NCBI GenBank assembly: GCA_021793575.1
Contig: JAJYSM010000001.1
Coordinates: 3,371 to 67,370 of the forward strand
Direction of reading: 5' to 3'
Source of the DNA: Pseudomonadota bacterium
Lineage (GTDB): Bacteria; Pseudomonadota; Gammaproteobacteria; Xanthomonadales; Rhodanobacteraceae
Length of the DNA: 64,000 nucleotides
In this document: positions 22,958 to 34,173 of the stretch, one piece after another
Numbering within the stretch: the first letter of the stretch is position 1
How the letters are laid out: each line of letters starts with the position of its first letter
Made by a program: the position numbers and the translations under genes
The notes under the pieces: generated by a model
What the model was told of the DNA's origin: nothing
What the model saw: the letters and a program-made list of their open reading frames with translations, nothing else
Databases searched by the model: none

Positions 22958-23180
22958 CACGTGGGTTCCCCTTGAGCGATTCATGGACGATGACGCCTTG
23001 CGGCAATCTGGCAAACGCAGCGTGCAGATACGGTGGACGGCCCGGCCTGGATGCGCACAGCCAGCACGTCGGCAGGCCCGCGCCAGCGGTGCTGCGCGAC
23101 AGGAACACGGCGGGAACGCGCGGCGACCGAGCCGATGCGCGCGATCATGTTACATCGGATCCGCACGCGCTTCGGGCTGC

Positions 23181-23594
23181 TCAGAGGCCGCCCAGCGCCG
23201 CCGCCAGAGCGTCCAGCCCGATGCGGTAGCTGGAGCGCATGGCCGCCTCGGCCATGCGCTCGGCGTCTCCCAGCACATCGAAATCGGACGACCAGGCCAC
23301 CAGGCATTGCGCGCCGTCGGGGTGCACCTCCAGCCGCGAGCGGCAGGCCTGCAGCGGCAGCGAGCCGCCGACCAGCGCGTACGCGTAGCGATACGCCGCA
23401 TCGTTGCGCGCCTCCAGCCGCTCCACCGTGCGGCTGCCATCGGCGTAGTGCAGGGTGCGGATGCGTCCCTCCCACGACAGGTCGAGCCGGCGTACCTGCG
23501 GGTGCCAGCGATGCAGCCCGCCGAAATCGCCGATCAGCGCCCACGCCGCCTCGGCGGGACAGTACAGACGCTCGGTTACATGGATGCTCGTCAT
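23181..23594 (-). CDS. SRPBCC / polyketide-cyclase-2 domain protein
   Basis: AWALIGDFGGLHRWHP, ERLEARN...YAYAL, VAWSSDF pattern. Confidence 0.8.
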   Translation of the reverse strand: MTSIHVTERLYCPAEAAWALIGDFGGLHRWHPQVRRLDLSWEGRIRTLHYADGSRTVERLEARNDAAYRYAYALVGGSLPLQACRSRLEVHPDGAQCLVAWSSDFDVLGDAERMAEAAMRSSYRIGLDALAAALGGL

Positions 23595-23897
23595 GGCCAC
23601 CTGCCGGGTCGACCGCGCACAGCCTTGCAGGCAAGCAGGCAAGAGGCGGGCCAAGACGCACCGCGTAGCCGGACGCCATGCGCGGCCGGGCGCGCCGCAC
23701 GTTGTTGCTTTAATGGCGCAGCGCTGCCGTGACAGAGCGTGCCAAAGGCCGCACGCGGCGTGCGTTTCATGCTGCGCTGCAGTTTGCGGCAGGCGCGCCA
23801 CGGCGCGATGCTTGAGACCGTTCTGCCAGCGTCAGGCCGCGACCTTCGCGGCACAATCGCAATCCATCGCGAGCGGATGCGCTGGCAGCAAGGGAGC

Positions 23898-25853
23898 ATG
23901 CTCATGAGCCACGTCCTGTCGGCCCGACCGCCGTCGTCGCAGATCACCCGTCTGCTGCAGGCGCGCACCGGGATGACCCAGGTGGCTGCCCACGTCGCCA
24001 AGTCCTGGGATCGCTGCCTCAACCGCTACAGCATGGAGCCCGACGCCGAGCGCAACACCATCGTGCTCGATGCCGACTCGGTACGCGCGCGGCAGCAGAC
24101 CTTCGGCGAGCTGCTCGGGGTGGCCCGCGCAGAGATGGAAAACCTGTACGAGCAGATCGCCGGCTCCGGCTACGCGGTGATCCTCAGCGACGCCGATGCG
24201 GTGGTGCTCAGCGCGATCACCGACCCGGGTCTGAAGCGCGAATTTCGCGGCGCCGGGCTGTGGATCGGCGCGGTGTGGAGCGAGCAGAACGAAGGCACCA
24301 ATGGCCTCGGCACCGCAATCGCCGAGCGCATGCCGGTGACCGTGCACTGCGGCGAGCATTTCCGCCGCTACAACGTGGGGCTGTCGTGCTGCGGCGCGCC
24401 GATCCTGGATGTCGACGGCAGCGTGCTGGCGGTGCTGGACGCCTCGGCCGCCAGCTCGGCCGACACCCGGCCGGTGCAGAGCCACACCATGGCGCTGGTC
24501 AGCATGTCGGCCAACCTGATCGCGCGCTGCCATTTTCTCAGCCGCTTCAAGGATGCCTGGGTGCTGCGCTTCCACAGCCGCGCCGAATTCGTCGGCCTGC
24601 TGCACGAGGCGCTGATGGCGATCGACGGCAACGGCCGCATCCTCGCGGTCAACGAGAGCGCGGTGGTGCAGCTTGGCATGAGCACGCGAGCGCAGCTGGT
24701 CGGCCGGCTGCTGGACGATATCCTGCCGTTCGACTTCGCCACGCTGGAGCAGCGCGCGTCGAGCGAGCCGGCCTCGCTGTGGCCGATGCGCGACATCGCC
24801 TACGGCCGCCGCTTCTTTGCCAACGCGCGCGCACCGCTGGGCCACCATCACCGGGCGCTGCCCGCGCCTGCGGTCGCGCCCACGGTGGCCGCGGTGGTGC
24901 CGGCGCGCCAGCACGTCGGCAGCGATCCGCGCATGCAGCACAACCTCAACTGCGGCCGGCAGCTGTTCGGCCGGCGCGTGCCGATCCTGCTGCAGGGCGC
25001 CACCGGCACCGGCAAGGAAGTGTTCGCCAAGGCGCTGCACCGAGCCAGCAGCTGGGCCGAGCGTCCGTTCGTGGCGGTCAACTGCGCGGCGATTCCGGAG
25101 GCGCTGATCGAGAGCGAGCTGTTCGGCTACACCCGCGGCGCGTTCACCGATGCGGCGCGCGAGGGGCACGTGGGCAAGATCCGCCAGTCCAGCGGCGGCA
25201 CGCTGTTCCTGGACGAGATTGGCGACATGCCGCTGGCGCTGCAGACGCGCCTGCTGCGCGTGCTGGAGGAGCACGAGATCGTCCCGCTCGGCGGCGACAG
25301 CGCGATTCCGGTCGACCTGCACCCGATCAGCGCCACCCACCACGACCTGCTGCAGATGGTGCAGCTGGGCACCTTCCGCGAGGATCTGTATTACCGCCTC
25401 AACGGCATCACGCTGGATCTGCCCACGCTGCGCGAGCGCACCGACAAGCGCGAGCTGATCCAGACCCTGCTGGCCGAGGAAGCTTCGCAAGGGCGGCCGC
25501 CCGGGATCGATGAAGCGGCGCTGCAGCGCCTGCTGGACTATCCCTGGCCGGGCAACATCCGCCAGCTGCGCAACGTGCTGCGCACCGCCGCCGCGCTGGG
25601 CGGCGACCGCGGCTGCATCGGCCTCGCCCACCTGCCGCGCGAGATCACCGGCGAGCACCGGCATGCGGTCGTCGCCGCACCCGCGCCGGGCAGCGACGAG
25701 CCCGGGCCGCTGCGCACCGCCGAGCGCGACGCGCTGCGGCGCGAGCTGGAGCGCATGCACTGGAACATCAGCCGCACCGCCGAGCTGCTAGGCGTGAGTC
25801 GCAACACGCTGTACCGCAAGATCCGCAAGCACGAAATCGTGCTGCCCGACTGA
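23898..25853 (+). CDS. GAF-domain sigma-54-dependent activator (AcoR-like)
   Basis: GTNGLGT GAF motif, GATGTGKE Walker A, ESELFG-GAFTDA, FLDEIGD, WPGNIRQL, Fis-type HTH (NISRTAELLGVSRNTLYRK). Confidence 0.92.
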   Translation: MLMSHVLSARPPSSQITRLLQARTGMTQVAAHVAKSWDRCLNRYSMEPDAERNTIVLDADSVRARQQTFGELLGVARAEMENLYEQIAGSGYAVILSDADAVVLSAITDPGLKREFRGAGLWIGAVWSEQNEGTNGLGTAIAERMPVTVHCGEHFRRYNVGLSCCGAPILDVDGSVLAVLDASAASSADTRPVQSHTMALVSMSANLIARCHFLSRFKDAWVLRFHSRAEFVGLLHEALMAIDGNGRILAVNESAVVQLGMSTRAQLVGRLLDDILPFDFATLEQRASSEPASLWPMRDIAYGRRFFANARAPLGHHHRALPAPAVAPTVAAVVPARQHVGSDPRMQHNLNCGRQLFGRRVPILLQGATGTGKEVFAKALHRASSWAERPFVAVNCAAIPEALIESELFGYTRGAFTDAAREGHVGKIRQSSGGTLFLDEIGDMPLALQTRLLRVLEEHEIVPLGGDSAIPVDLHPISATHHDLLQMVQLGTFREDLYYRLNGITLDLPTLRERTDKRELIQTLLAEEASQGRPPGIDEAALQRLLDYPWPGNIRQLRNVLRTAAALGGDRGCIGLAHLPREITGEHRHAVVAAPAPGSDEPGPLRTAERDALRRELERMHWNISRTAELLGVSRNTLYRKIRKHEIVLPD

Positions 25854-25865
25854 ATCCGGCCCGCG

Positions 25866-28283
25866 CTAATCGGCGGTGGCGGTGGCGGCGGCGCCGAAGT
25901 CGTAGCGCAGCCCCACCAGCCAGGCGCGCGGCGCGCCTGGCGCCACAAAAAGGGTCGAGCTGCCGGGACCGCTGAGGTCGATCAGCCGGTTTGGCGTATC
26001 GAACACATTGGTGCCCAGCTGGCCGCTGATGGCGTAGCGGCGGTCGAGCGCGTTGTCGACGCGGGTGAACAGCGCCAGCCGTCGCGTGGCCTGATAGTGC
26101 ACGTCCAGCGCCAGCACCGCGTAGCCGGCGAGCGCGCCGTGGCGGTCGCGGTTGTTCTCGTCGCCCACGGCGAACTGGCGCGAACTGGCGCGCAGGTTGC
26201 CGCCGACCGACCACTGCGGGTCGAGCTGGTATTCAGCGGAAAAATTGAACAACCGGCGCGGCACGCCGGGCAGCCGGTCGCCGCGGCGCACGTGGATCAC
26301 GCCGCTGCCATCGGCGCTGGAGTTGGCGCTGCTCTGCGCGTCGAACGGGCTGCCATAGGTGGCGCTGACCAGGCTGAAGTTGGCCTGCCATTCAAGCCGG
26401 CCGAGCTTGCCGCCGAGCCCCATGTCCACGCCCTGGCGCAGCGTGCGCGGCACGTTGGCGAAATAGCCCTGGCCGCTGCCGCCGGTGTAGATGGTGAGGA
26501 TGTCGTGGCTGACCTGGCTGTAGTACGGCGCGATGTTCCAGTGCAGGTCGCCGCCGGCGAAGTTGCCGCGCAGGCCGCCGCTGAGGGTTTTGACCACCAC
26601 CGGGCGCAGCGGCGGATCGCCGGTGAAGTCGTTCGGCAGCGCGCACGGCGCGGCCGGATCGGCGCACTCGAACTCGATCGGCGTCGGCGTGCGCATGCCC
26701 TCGCCGTAGTTCAGATAGCTGCCGAACTGCGGCGTGATCGCCCACGTCACGCCCACGCTGGGATTGAAGCGGTGGAAGCTCTGCCGGCCGTTGATCTGCG
26801 GCTTCACGCCGGAGCGGTCGCGCACGGCCAGCTGGCTGTGGTTGTAGCGACCGCCGAAACTCAGATGCACGCCGTGCGGCAGCGCCAGCACATCCAGCAG
26901 GTACACGCCGTAGCTGCGATTGGAGGTGCCCGCGTAAGTGATCGGCGGCACGCCGAACGGCAGCAGACCCACGGCATCGCCGCGCTGCGCGACGCTGTAG
27001 GGAAAGTAGGCCGGCTGGCCGTACTGGCTGAACGCGCTGGCGCCGGCATCCAGGCTTACGCCGCTGGTGAACTGGTTGTCGCGCCCCCACAGGCGGCCGT
27101 CATCCACCGCCTGCAGCGAGCCGCCGTAGCCGCGGGTATGCAGATTGCCGAGCACGTTCCAGGCGGGCAGGTTGTTGAGGGTCGCCGCGGGCTGCCGCGG
27201 ATCGTAGGCCGGGCTTACTCCGGCAAAGTAGAACTGGCCGAGCGAGCCAGGATCGAACGGGCCGTTGACGGCATAGCCCAGCGGGCCGTCGGTGGCCGCG
27301 TTGTAGCTGCTGAAGCTGGCGGTGTTGCTGTTGAAGCCGCGGCTCTGCGAGATGCGCAGGTAGGCGTCTGCCTGCAGCGCCCAGCCCGCTTCGAGCTGAC
27401 GCGAGCCTTGCAGGTTGAACTGACTGAGATGGTTGATCGCGTAGTCCGGCCAGGTGTAGGCGACGGCCGGGGTGCGCATCCATGCCACCGGAATCGTCTG
27501 GGTGCCGAACAGCCGGCTGTGCGCGCCGGTGTAGCTCAGCATCACGCGGGTGTTTTCGTCCGGCCGCCAGTCGCCGCGCACGAAGCCCTGCTGCACCCGG
27601 CTCGACGCATGGTCGCGCCAGCCGCTCTCGTAGTCGCTGCTGGCGCCGGCGTAAATCCCGAAGTGCTGGCTGTGGGCGCCGAAATCCACGTCGGTCTGCA
27701 GCCGCCCCCACGAGCCGCCGGACACATCCAGTGATCCACCCGGGTCGCTGAAGCCGCTCTTGCTGGTCAGCAGCAGCGCAGCGGCCAGCGTGTTGAGGCC
27801 GTACAGCGGATCGGAGCCGGGCACCAGCTCGACGTCGCTCAGGGCGAAGTCGGGAATGAAATCCCAGTTCATCGTTTCGGCAAACGGCTCGTTCTGGCGC
27901 ACGCCGTCCATGTAGACGGAAATCCCGGACGGTGAGCCCAGCAGCGGCGACAGCGTGAAGCCGTGAAAATACAGGTTGCCCTGCCACGGATTGCCCTGCG
28001 ACTGGGTCAGGCTGATGCCCTGGAAATTCTGCTGCAGCAATTCGGTCAGCGACTGTCCGTGCAGCTGGCGGATATCGTCGGCCTGGGCGCTCTGCACGTT
28101 CAGCGGAATCTGCTGCACGGGCACGTCAAACCCCGGTAGCGGCGCCACCCCGACCACCTTCACCTCGTGCAGCTGCTGCACCGGCGGATCGGCCCGCGCC
28201 GGCCGCTGCATCGCCACGCCGAGCAGAAGCAGCAGCGCCGTGCAGGCGCGTGCGCGGCGGCGTGGGCGGAGCATCAAAGGCAT
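25866..28283 (-). CDS. TonB-dependent outer-membrane receptor
   Basis: Signal peptide, plug region SPLLGSPSGISVYMDGVRQNEPF, C-terminal NALDRRY...PGAPRAWLVGLRYDF. Confidence 0.92.
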   Translation of the reverse strand: MPLMLRPRRRARACTALLLLLGVAMQRPARADPPVQQLHEVKVVGVAPLPGFDVPVQQIPLNVQSAQADDIRQLHGQSLTELLQQNFQGISLTQSQGNPWQGNLYFHGFTLSPLLGSPSGISVYMDGVRQNEPFAETMNWDFIPDFALSDVELVPGSDPLYGLNTLAAALLLTSKSGFSDPGGSLDVSGGSWGRLQTDVDFGAHSQHFGIYAGASSDYESGWRDHASSRVQQGFVRGDWRPDENTRVMLSYTGAHSRLFGTQTIPVAWMRTPAVAYTWPDYAINHLSQFNLQGSRQLEAGWALQADAYLRISQSRGFNSNTASFSSYNAATDGPLGYAVNGPFDPGSLGQFYFAGVSPAYDPRQPAATLNNLPAWNVLGNLHTRGYGGSLQAVDDGRLWGRDNQFTSGVSLDAGASAFSQYGQPAYFPYSVAQRGDAVGLLPFGVPPITYAGTSNRSYGVYLLDVLALPHGVHLSFGGRYNHSQLAVRDRSGVKPQINGRQSFHRFNPSVGVTWAITPQFGSYLNYGEGMRTPTPIEFECADPAAPCALPNDFTGDPPLRPVVVKTLSGGLRGNFAGGDLHWNIAPYYSQVSHDILTIYTGGSGQGYFANVPRTLRQGVDMGLGGKLGRLEWQANFSLVSATYGSPFDAQSSANSSADGSGVIHVRRGDRLPGVPRRLFNFSAEYQLDPQWSVGGNLRASSRQFAVGDENNRDRHGALAGYAVLALDVHYQATRRLALFTRVDNALDRRYAISGQLGTNVFDTPNRLIDLSGPGSSTLFVAPGAPRAWLVGLRYDFGAAATATAD

Positions 28284-28374
28284 CGGGAGACGGCTTCCTG
28301 GGCGGGTGCGAGGGTCGCACCATTGTTCGGCGGGCGGCCGCACAAAGTCACGACACACGCAGACGGCATCGCGG

Positions 28375-28417
28375 CGGCGCTGCCGCCGCTTCACGCCGGA
28401 GCGGGGCGGCAGCGCCG
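28375..28417 (-). terminator. 13-bp-stem hairpin between gfa and the TonB receptor (terminator or stabiliser)
   Basis: CGGCGCTGCCGCC / GGCGGCAGCGCCG inverted repeat; no clear U-tract. Confidence 0.4.
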
Positions 28418-28428
28418 GCGATCTGCGC

Positions 28429-29004
28429 TCAGGCGTGCAGCGTGCCCTTGGCCTTGGCCACGTGGGTGGCGATGGCGTCCATCAGCGGCGGCGACAGGCA
28501 GTCGTACGGCGGCAGCCCGAGCTCGTTGAGGCGGGCGCGCACCGCGTCCATCCGCTGCGGGTCGTAGCCCGCCTCGATGATCGAGGAGACGAACGCGGCG
28601 AACACCGGCGCCGACCAGCCCTCTTCGGACGACAGCTCGGTGTGCACGAAGTCGAGCCCGTGGAACGGATGATTGGTGTCCTCGATGCGACCGATCATGT
28701 GCGTGCCACACACGGTGCAGGCGTGGCGCTGGATCGCCGCCTTCGGGTCGACCACCGCCAGCTTGTCGCCGTTCTCCAGCACGCTGACCTTGTCGCGCGC
28801 GACCACCGCGACCTGCGAAAAGGTGGCGCCGGCGGGCTTCCAGCACTTGCTGCAGCCGCAGACGTGATTGTGCGCGGTCTGCGCGCCCACCTTCACCTTG
28901 ACCGGCTTGTCCCTGCACTTGCAACTCAGCGTGCCGCCGCCGAAGTGGTCCTTGCCCGGCTTGACGCCGTGATCGACCGCGGGATGAATCGAAACGGTAG
29001 CCAT
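28429..29004 (-). CDS. gfa: S-(hydroxymethyl)glutathione synthase (formaldehyde-activating enzyme)
   Basis: [27 protein letters not shown]-xx-[17 protein letters not shown]; GGAGG RBS. Confidence 0.96.
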   Translation of the reverse strand: MATVSIHPAVDHGVKPGKDHFGGGTLSCKCRDKPVKVKVGAQTAHNHVCGCSKCWKPAGATFSQVAVVARDKVSVLENGDKLAVVDPKAAIQRHACTVCGTHMIGRIEDTNHPFHGLDFVHTELSSEEGWSAPVFAAFVSSIIEAGYDPQRMDAVRARLNELGLPPYDCLSPPLMDAIATHVAKAKGTLHA

Positions 29005-29099
29005 GGTTTACCTCCAACTGGTGAGTGACGGCGGCGGGGTCGGCAGCTGCGGCTGCCGGGGTTCTTGCGGGTGCGTGCGGCCCGATGGCGGGGAAGTCC

Positions 29100-29318
29100 T
29101 CATGGCGTCATCGCCACGCCCAGGGTGCGCTCGAGCATCTGCCTGGCACCCGCCAGCCAGGTTTCGTCAGTGTCGCCGCGCAGGTCGCCCGGCGTGAACT
29201 GGATCAACTCGACATCGGCAACCAGCGACGACGGCCGCGCGACCTTCGTCTGCCGCACGGATGACGCCGATGGCGCCGCCAGCAGACAGACAAGCAAGGC
29301 GGTGGCCGCGCGCGTCAT
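29100..29318 (-). CDS. Small hypothetical protein with signal-peptide-like N-terminus
   Basis: ATG 3 nt after the frmA stop; MTRAATALLVCLLAAPSASS; no family recognised. Confidence 0.35.
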   Translation of the reverse strand: MTRAATALLVCLLAAPSASSVRQTKVARPSSLVADVELIQFTPGDLRGDTDETWLAGARQMLERTLGVAMTP

Positions 29319-29321
29319 GGC

Positions 29322-31305
<1,984 letters not shown>

Positions 31306-31346
31306 TCGTGTGTGCTCTGTAGGGGGTGTTCGTCTGAGGGATGACG

Positions 31347-32195
31347 CTACAAATCGTTCATCGTGCTACCGGCGCCCTCGCCGGTCATCTCAACGCCATG
31401 CTTCTTCAGGATCGCCTGCAGCTGCGGACGGTTGGTTTTGATCAGCGCGTCCAGGCGCGTCTTCAACGTCTTGTCGTCCTTGCGTACCGCCATCGACATT
31501 GGGAACGAGTACATCTCCGGCGAACCGGTGGCGCGAGAGTTCGGCAGCGTCACCGTGGTCAGATCGGGGAAGGCCTTCAGGTAGGCGCCAATCGATGGCT
31601 GCCAGGTAATCATCACGTCGACGGTCCCGTTCTCGACAGCCTCCAGCACGCTGCGTGGCGAGGTACCGCTCTTGCCGCCGACGTTGTACGGCTTGGCTGT
31701 GGTGACCATGCCGCGCAGCTGCAGCCCGGTCTCGACCGGCGTCTCCGACTCGAAGCCGACCTTCAGCTTGCGCAGCTCTGGCGAATTCAGGCTCTTGAGG
31801 TCGTAACCCTTGTCCTTCTTGAACACGAACACGTACGAGGACACGTAGTACGGGTCCGTCGTCAGCTCCTCCTGGTTGCCGTAAGGCATGTTCATCACCA
31901 CGTCGCAGTGGCCGCTGTCGAGGTTGCGCGACAGGTATTCGGAAAAGCCGCCGTGGCCGCGCGAATCGGCCCAGGTGTAGTCGAGCGTGGCGCCGAGCTT
32001 GCTCGCCACGTAGCGGGCCACGGCGTTCTCGAAGCCCTTGCCGTCGCGATCGGAGTACGGCAGGTAGTTGGGATCCGCGCACACCTTGAGCGTGCCGTGC
32101 GTCGCTGCGGCCGCCGCACGCGCCGGCGGCAGCGACGCGAAGGCGCACACCAGTGCGCCGGCTGCAAACATCATCGTGGGGTTGATGGATTTCAT
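31347..32195 (-). CDS. xoxJ: XoxJ/MxaJ-family periplasmic binding protein
   Basis: LKVCADPNYLPYS...GFEN, TDPYYVSSYVFV, FPMSMAVRKDD; directly downstream of the dehydrogenase. Confidence 0.88.
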   Translation of the reverse strand: MKSINPTMMFAAGALVCAFASLPPARAAAAATHGTLKVCADPNYLPYSDRDGKGFENAVARYVASKLGATLDYTWADSRGHGGFSEYLSRNLDSGHCDVVMNMPYGNQEELTTDPYYVSSYVFVFKKDKGYDLKSLNSPELRKLKVGFESETPVETGLQLRGMVTTAKPYNVGGKSGTSPRSVLEAVENGTVDVMITWQPSIGAYLKAFPDLTTVTLPNSRATGSPEMYSFPMSMAVRKDDKTLKTRLDALIKTNRPQLQAILKKHGVEMTGEGAGSTMNDL

Positions 32196-32234
32196 GGAGC
32201 TCTCCGGGCGGGTCCCGTGGTCGTGGACAATGCA

Positions 32235-32263
32235 ACGCGATGCCCCGCTGCAGGGCATCGCGT
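32235..32263 (-). terminator. Perfect 11-bp hairpin immediately after xoxF
   Basis: ACGCGATGCCC-cgctgca-GGGCATCGCGT; no U-tract, so more likely an mRNA stabiliser or attenuator. Confidence 0.5.
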
Positions 32264-32276
32264 CGCCTGCTGCAGC

Positions 32277-34076
32277 TCAGTTGAGGGCAAATACCATCAA
32301 CGTGCCACCGAGGTTGGTGTATTCGCCGAGAGTAGCGGCGGCACCGACCCCACCGAGGCCTTCGGTGGCCTTGGTCAGCCCGTTGGACAGGCCGATCCCG
32401 GCCCAGCCACCAATGCCACTGAGTACCGCCACATACTGCTTGCCAGCATACGTGTAAGTCATCGGGTTGCCGATGATTCCCGACGGGCACTTGAACTGCC
32501 ACAGCACCTTGCCGGTCTTCAGATCGACCGCACGGAACCAGCCGGTCAGTGTGCCATCGAAGGCCACGCCACCCTTGGTGGTCAGCGCGCCGCCCCAAGT
32601 CTGGAAACGATCATTGATGGCCCACTTGGTCTTGCCGGTCATCGGGTCGAAGGCGATGAAGCGCCCGCCGACGTCACCGTGGTTGTATGGGTACATGTTC
32701 ACCAGCGCACCGACGTACGGGAAGCCCGCCTTGTACTTCACGTTGAAGGCCTGGTAGTCCATGCATAAATGGTTGGTCGGCACAATGAACAGGCCGCTGG
32801 CCGGGTCATAGGCTGCCGGCCCCTCGTTCTTCGAGCCCTGCGAGGACGGACAGATATCCTTCACGTTGAAGCCTTCCTTGGTCATCTTGTCGGCATTGAC
32901 CACCGGACGGCCGGTCTTCATGTCAATAGAGCTGGCCCAGTTGACGGTGGAGTCGAACTTGTGCGCCGCCAGCAGCTTGCCATCGGCGCGGTTCCACACG
33001 TAGGCAAAGCCGTTGCGGTCGAAGTGGGTGATCGTCGGAATCGACTTGCCGTCGACCATGGTGTCGGTGAGGATGCTCTCGTTGATGCCGTCATAGTCCC
33101 ACTCGTCGTGCGGCGTCATCTGGAACACCCACTTGGCCTCGCCGGTGTCCGGATTGCGGGCGATGATCGACATCGAGTACTTGTTGTCGCCCGGGCGCTG
33201 GGTCGGGTTCCAGGTACCGGGATTGCCGGTGCCGTAATACAGCAGGTTGAGCTTGGGATCGTAGGTGTACCAGCCCCAGGTGGTACCACCGCCGAGTTTC
33301 CACTGGTCGCCCTGCCAGGATTTCAGGCTCGAGTTCTTGCCGACCGGCTTGCCGGTGGCGCCGTCGATCGTCGTCGCCGGGTTGAACATGATTTGCGCAT
33401 CCGGGCCGGTGCTGTAGGCGCGCCACAGCTGCTTGCCGGTGTTGATGTCGTCGGCGGTGATATACCCCCGCACACCGAATTCGCCGCCGGAGACCCCGGT
33501 GATCACCTTGTCCTTGACGACGAGGGGCGCCATGGTCTGAGTTGCACCCATTTCCGGATCGGCGTTCTTCGCCTTCCATTTGACCTTGCCGGTCGCAGCA
33601 TCCAGCGCGTACAGATAACCGTCCAGTGCGTTGGCGAAGATCATGCCGTTGCCATAGGCGACGCCACGGTTGACGACGTCACAGCAAGCTACGGTAGGCG
33701 CGAATTTGTCTTGGTCAGGCGTGAAGTTCCAGATCATGCGGCCGGGATCTTTCAAAGAGACCGCGTAGACATGGTTCGGAAACGAACTCTCGAAATACAT
33801 CATGTCGCCGATGATCAGAGGCTGGCCCTCGTGACCACGCAATGAGCCGGTCGACATGGTCCATGCCACGTGCAGGTTCTTCACGTTGGCGGTCGTGATC
33901 TGATCCAGCGCGCTGTAGCGCTGCGCAGTGTAGTTGCCACTGGGCATGACCCATTGGTTGGGATCCTTGGCCATCTGCAGCAACGAATCATTCGCCAGTA
34001 CGGCGACTGCAGGCAGACTGAGGCCGAGACCCAGGATGATTGACCATCTGCGGGAACGTGCGGGTTTGTTTTGCAT
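32277..34076 (-). CDS. xoxF: Lanthanide-type PQQ methanol dehydrogenase XoxF
   Basis: 599 aa with signal peptide; RGHEG, vicinal ACCDVVNRG, GGEFGVRG (Glu ligand), GTGNPG (Asn ligand), TPHDEWDYDGINE (extra Asp of Ln-binding enzymes); no mxaI follows. Confidence 0.9.
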   Translation of the reverse strand: MQNKPARSRRWSIILGLGLSLPAVAVLANDSLLQMAKDPNQWVMPSGNYTAQRYSALDQITTANVKNLHVAWTMSTGSLRGHEGQPLIIGDMMYFESSFPNHVYAVSLKDPGRMIWNFTPDQDKFAPTVACCDVVNRGVAYGNGMIFANALDGYLYALDAATGKVKWKAKNADPEMGATQTMAPLVVKDKVITGVSGGEFGVRGYITADDINTGKQLWRAYSTGPDAQIMFNPATTIDGATGKPVGKNSSLKSWQGDQWKLGGGTTWGWYTYDPKLNLLYYGTGNPGTWNPTQRPGDNKYSMSIIARNPDTGEAKWVFQMTPHDEWDYDGINESILTDTMVDGKSIPTITHFDRNGFAYVWNRADGKLLAAHKFDSTVNWASSIDMKTGRPVVNADKMTKEGFNVKDICPSSQGSKNEGPAAYDPASGLFIVPTNHLCMDYQAFNVKYKAGFPYVGALVNMYPYNHGDVGGRFIAFDPMTGKTKWAINDRFQTWGGALTTKGGVAFDGTLTGWFRAVDLKTGKVLWQFKCPSGIIGNPMTYTYAGKQYVAVLSGIGGWAGIGLSNGLTKATEGLGGVGAAATLGEYTNLGGTLMVFALN

Positions 34077-34157
34077 GTTGTACCCCCCTTTGCCGTGGAA
34101 CATGCCGAATGAGCGGCCGCGGGAGATGCCCGGGACCGTAATAGGTGACAGTTCCGA

Positions 34158-34173
34158 AGCAGTCTGCGTGCCA
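34158..34173 (-). promoter_or_regulatory. Sigma-54 (-24/-12) promoter of the xoxF operon
   Basis: Minus strand TGGCAC-GCAGA-CTGCT, exact GG-N10-GC, about 80 bp upstream of the xoxF ATG. Confidence 0.75.

Noticed and set aside
23785-23800. Second GG-N10-GC motif (TGGCGC-GCCTG-CCGCA, minus strand) upstream of the SRPBCC gene
   Set aside because: Poor -12 match in very GC-rich sequence; chance occurrence is likely.
32277-34076. Calcium-dependent MxaF assignment
   Set aside because: It has D-Y-D rather than D-Y-A, and no mxaI or mxaACKL genes are present.
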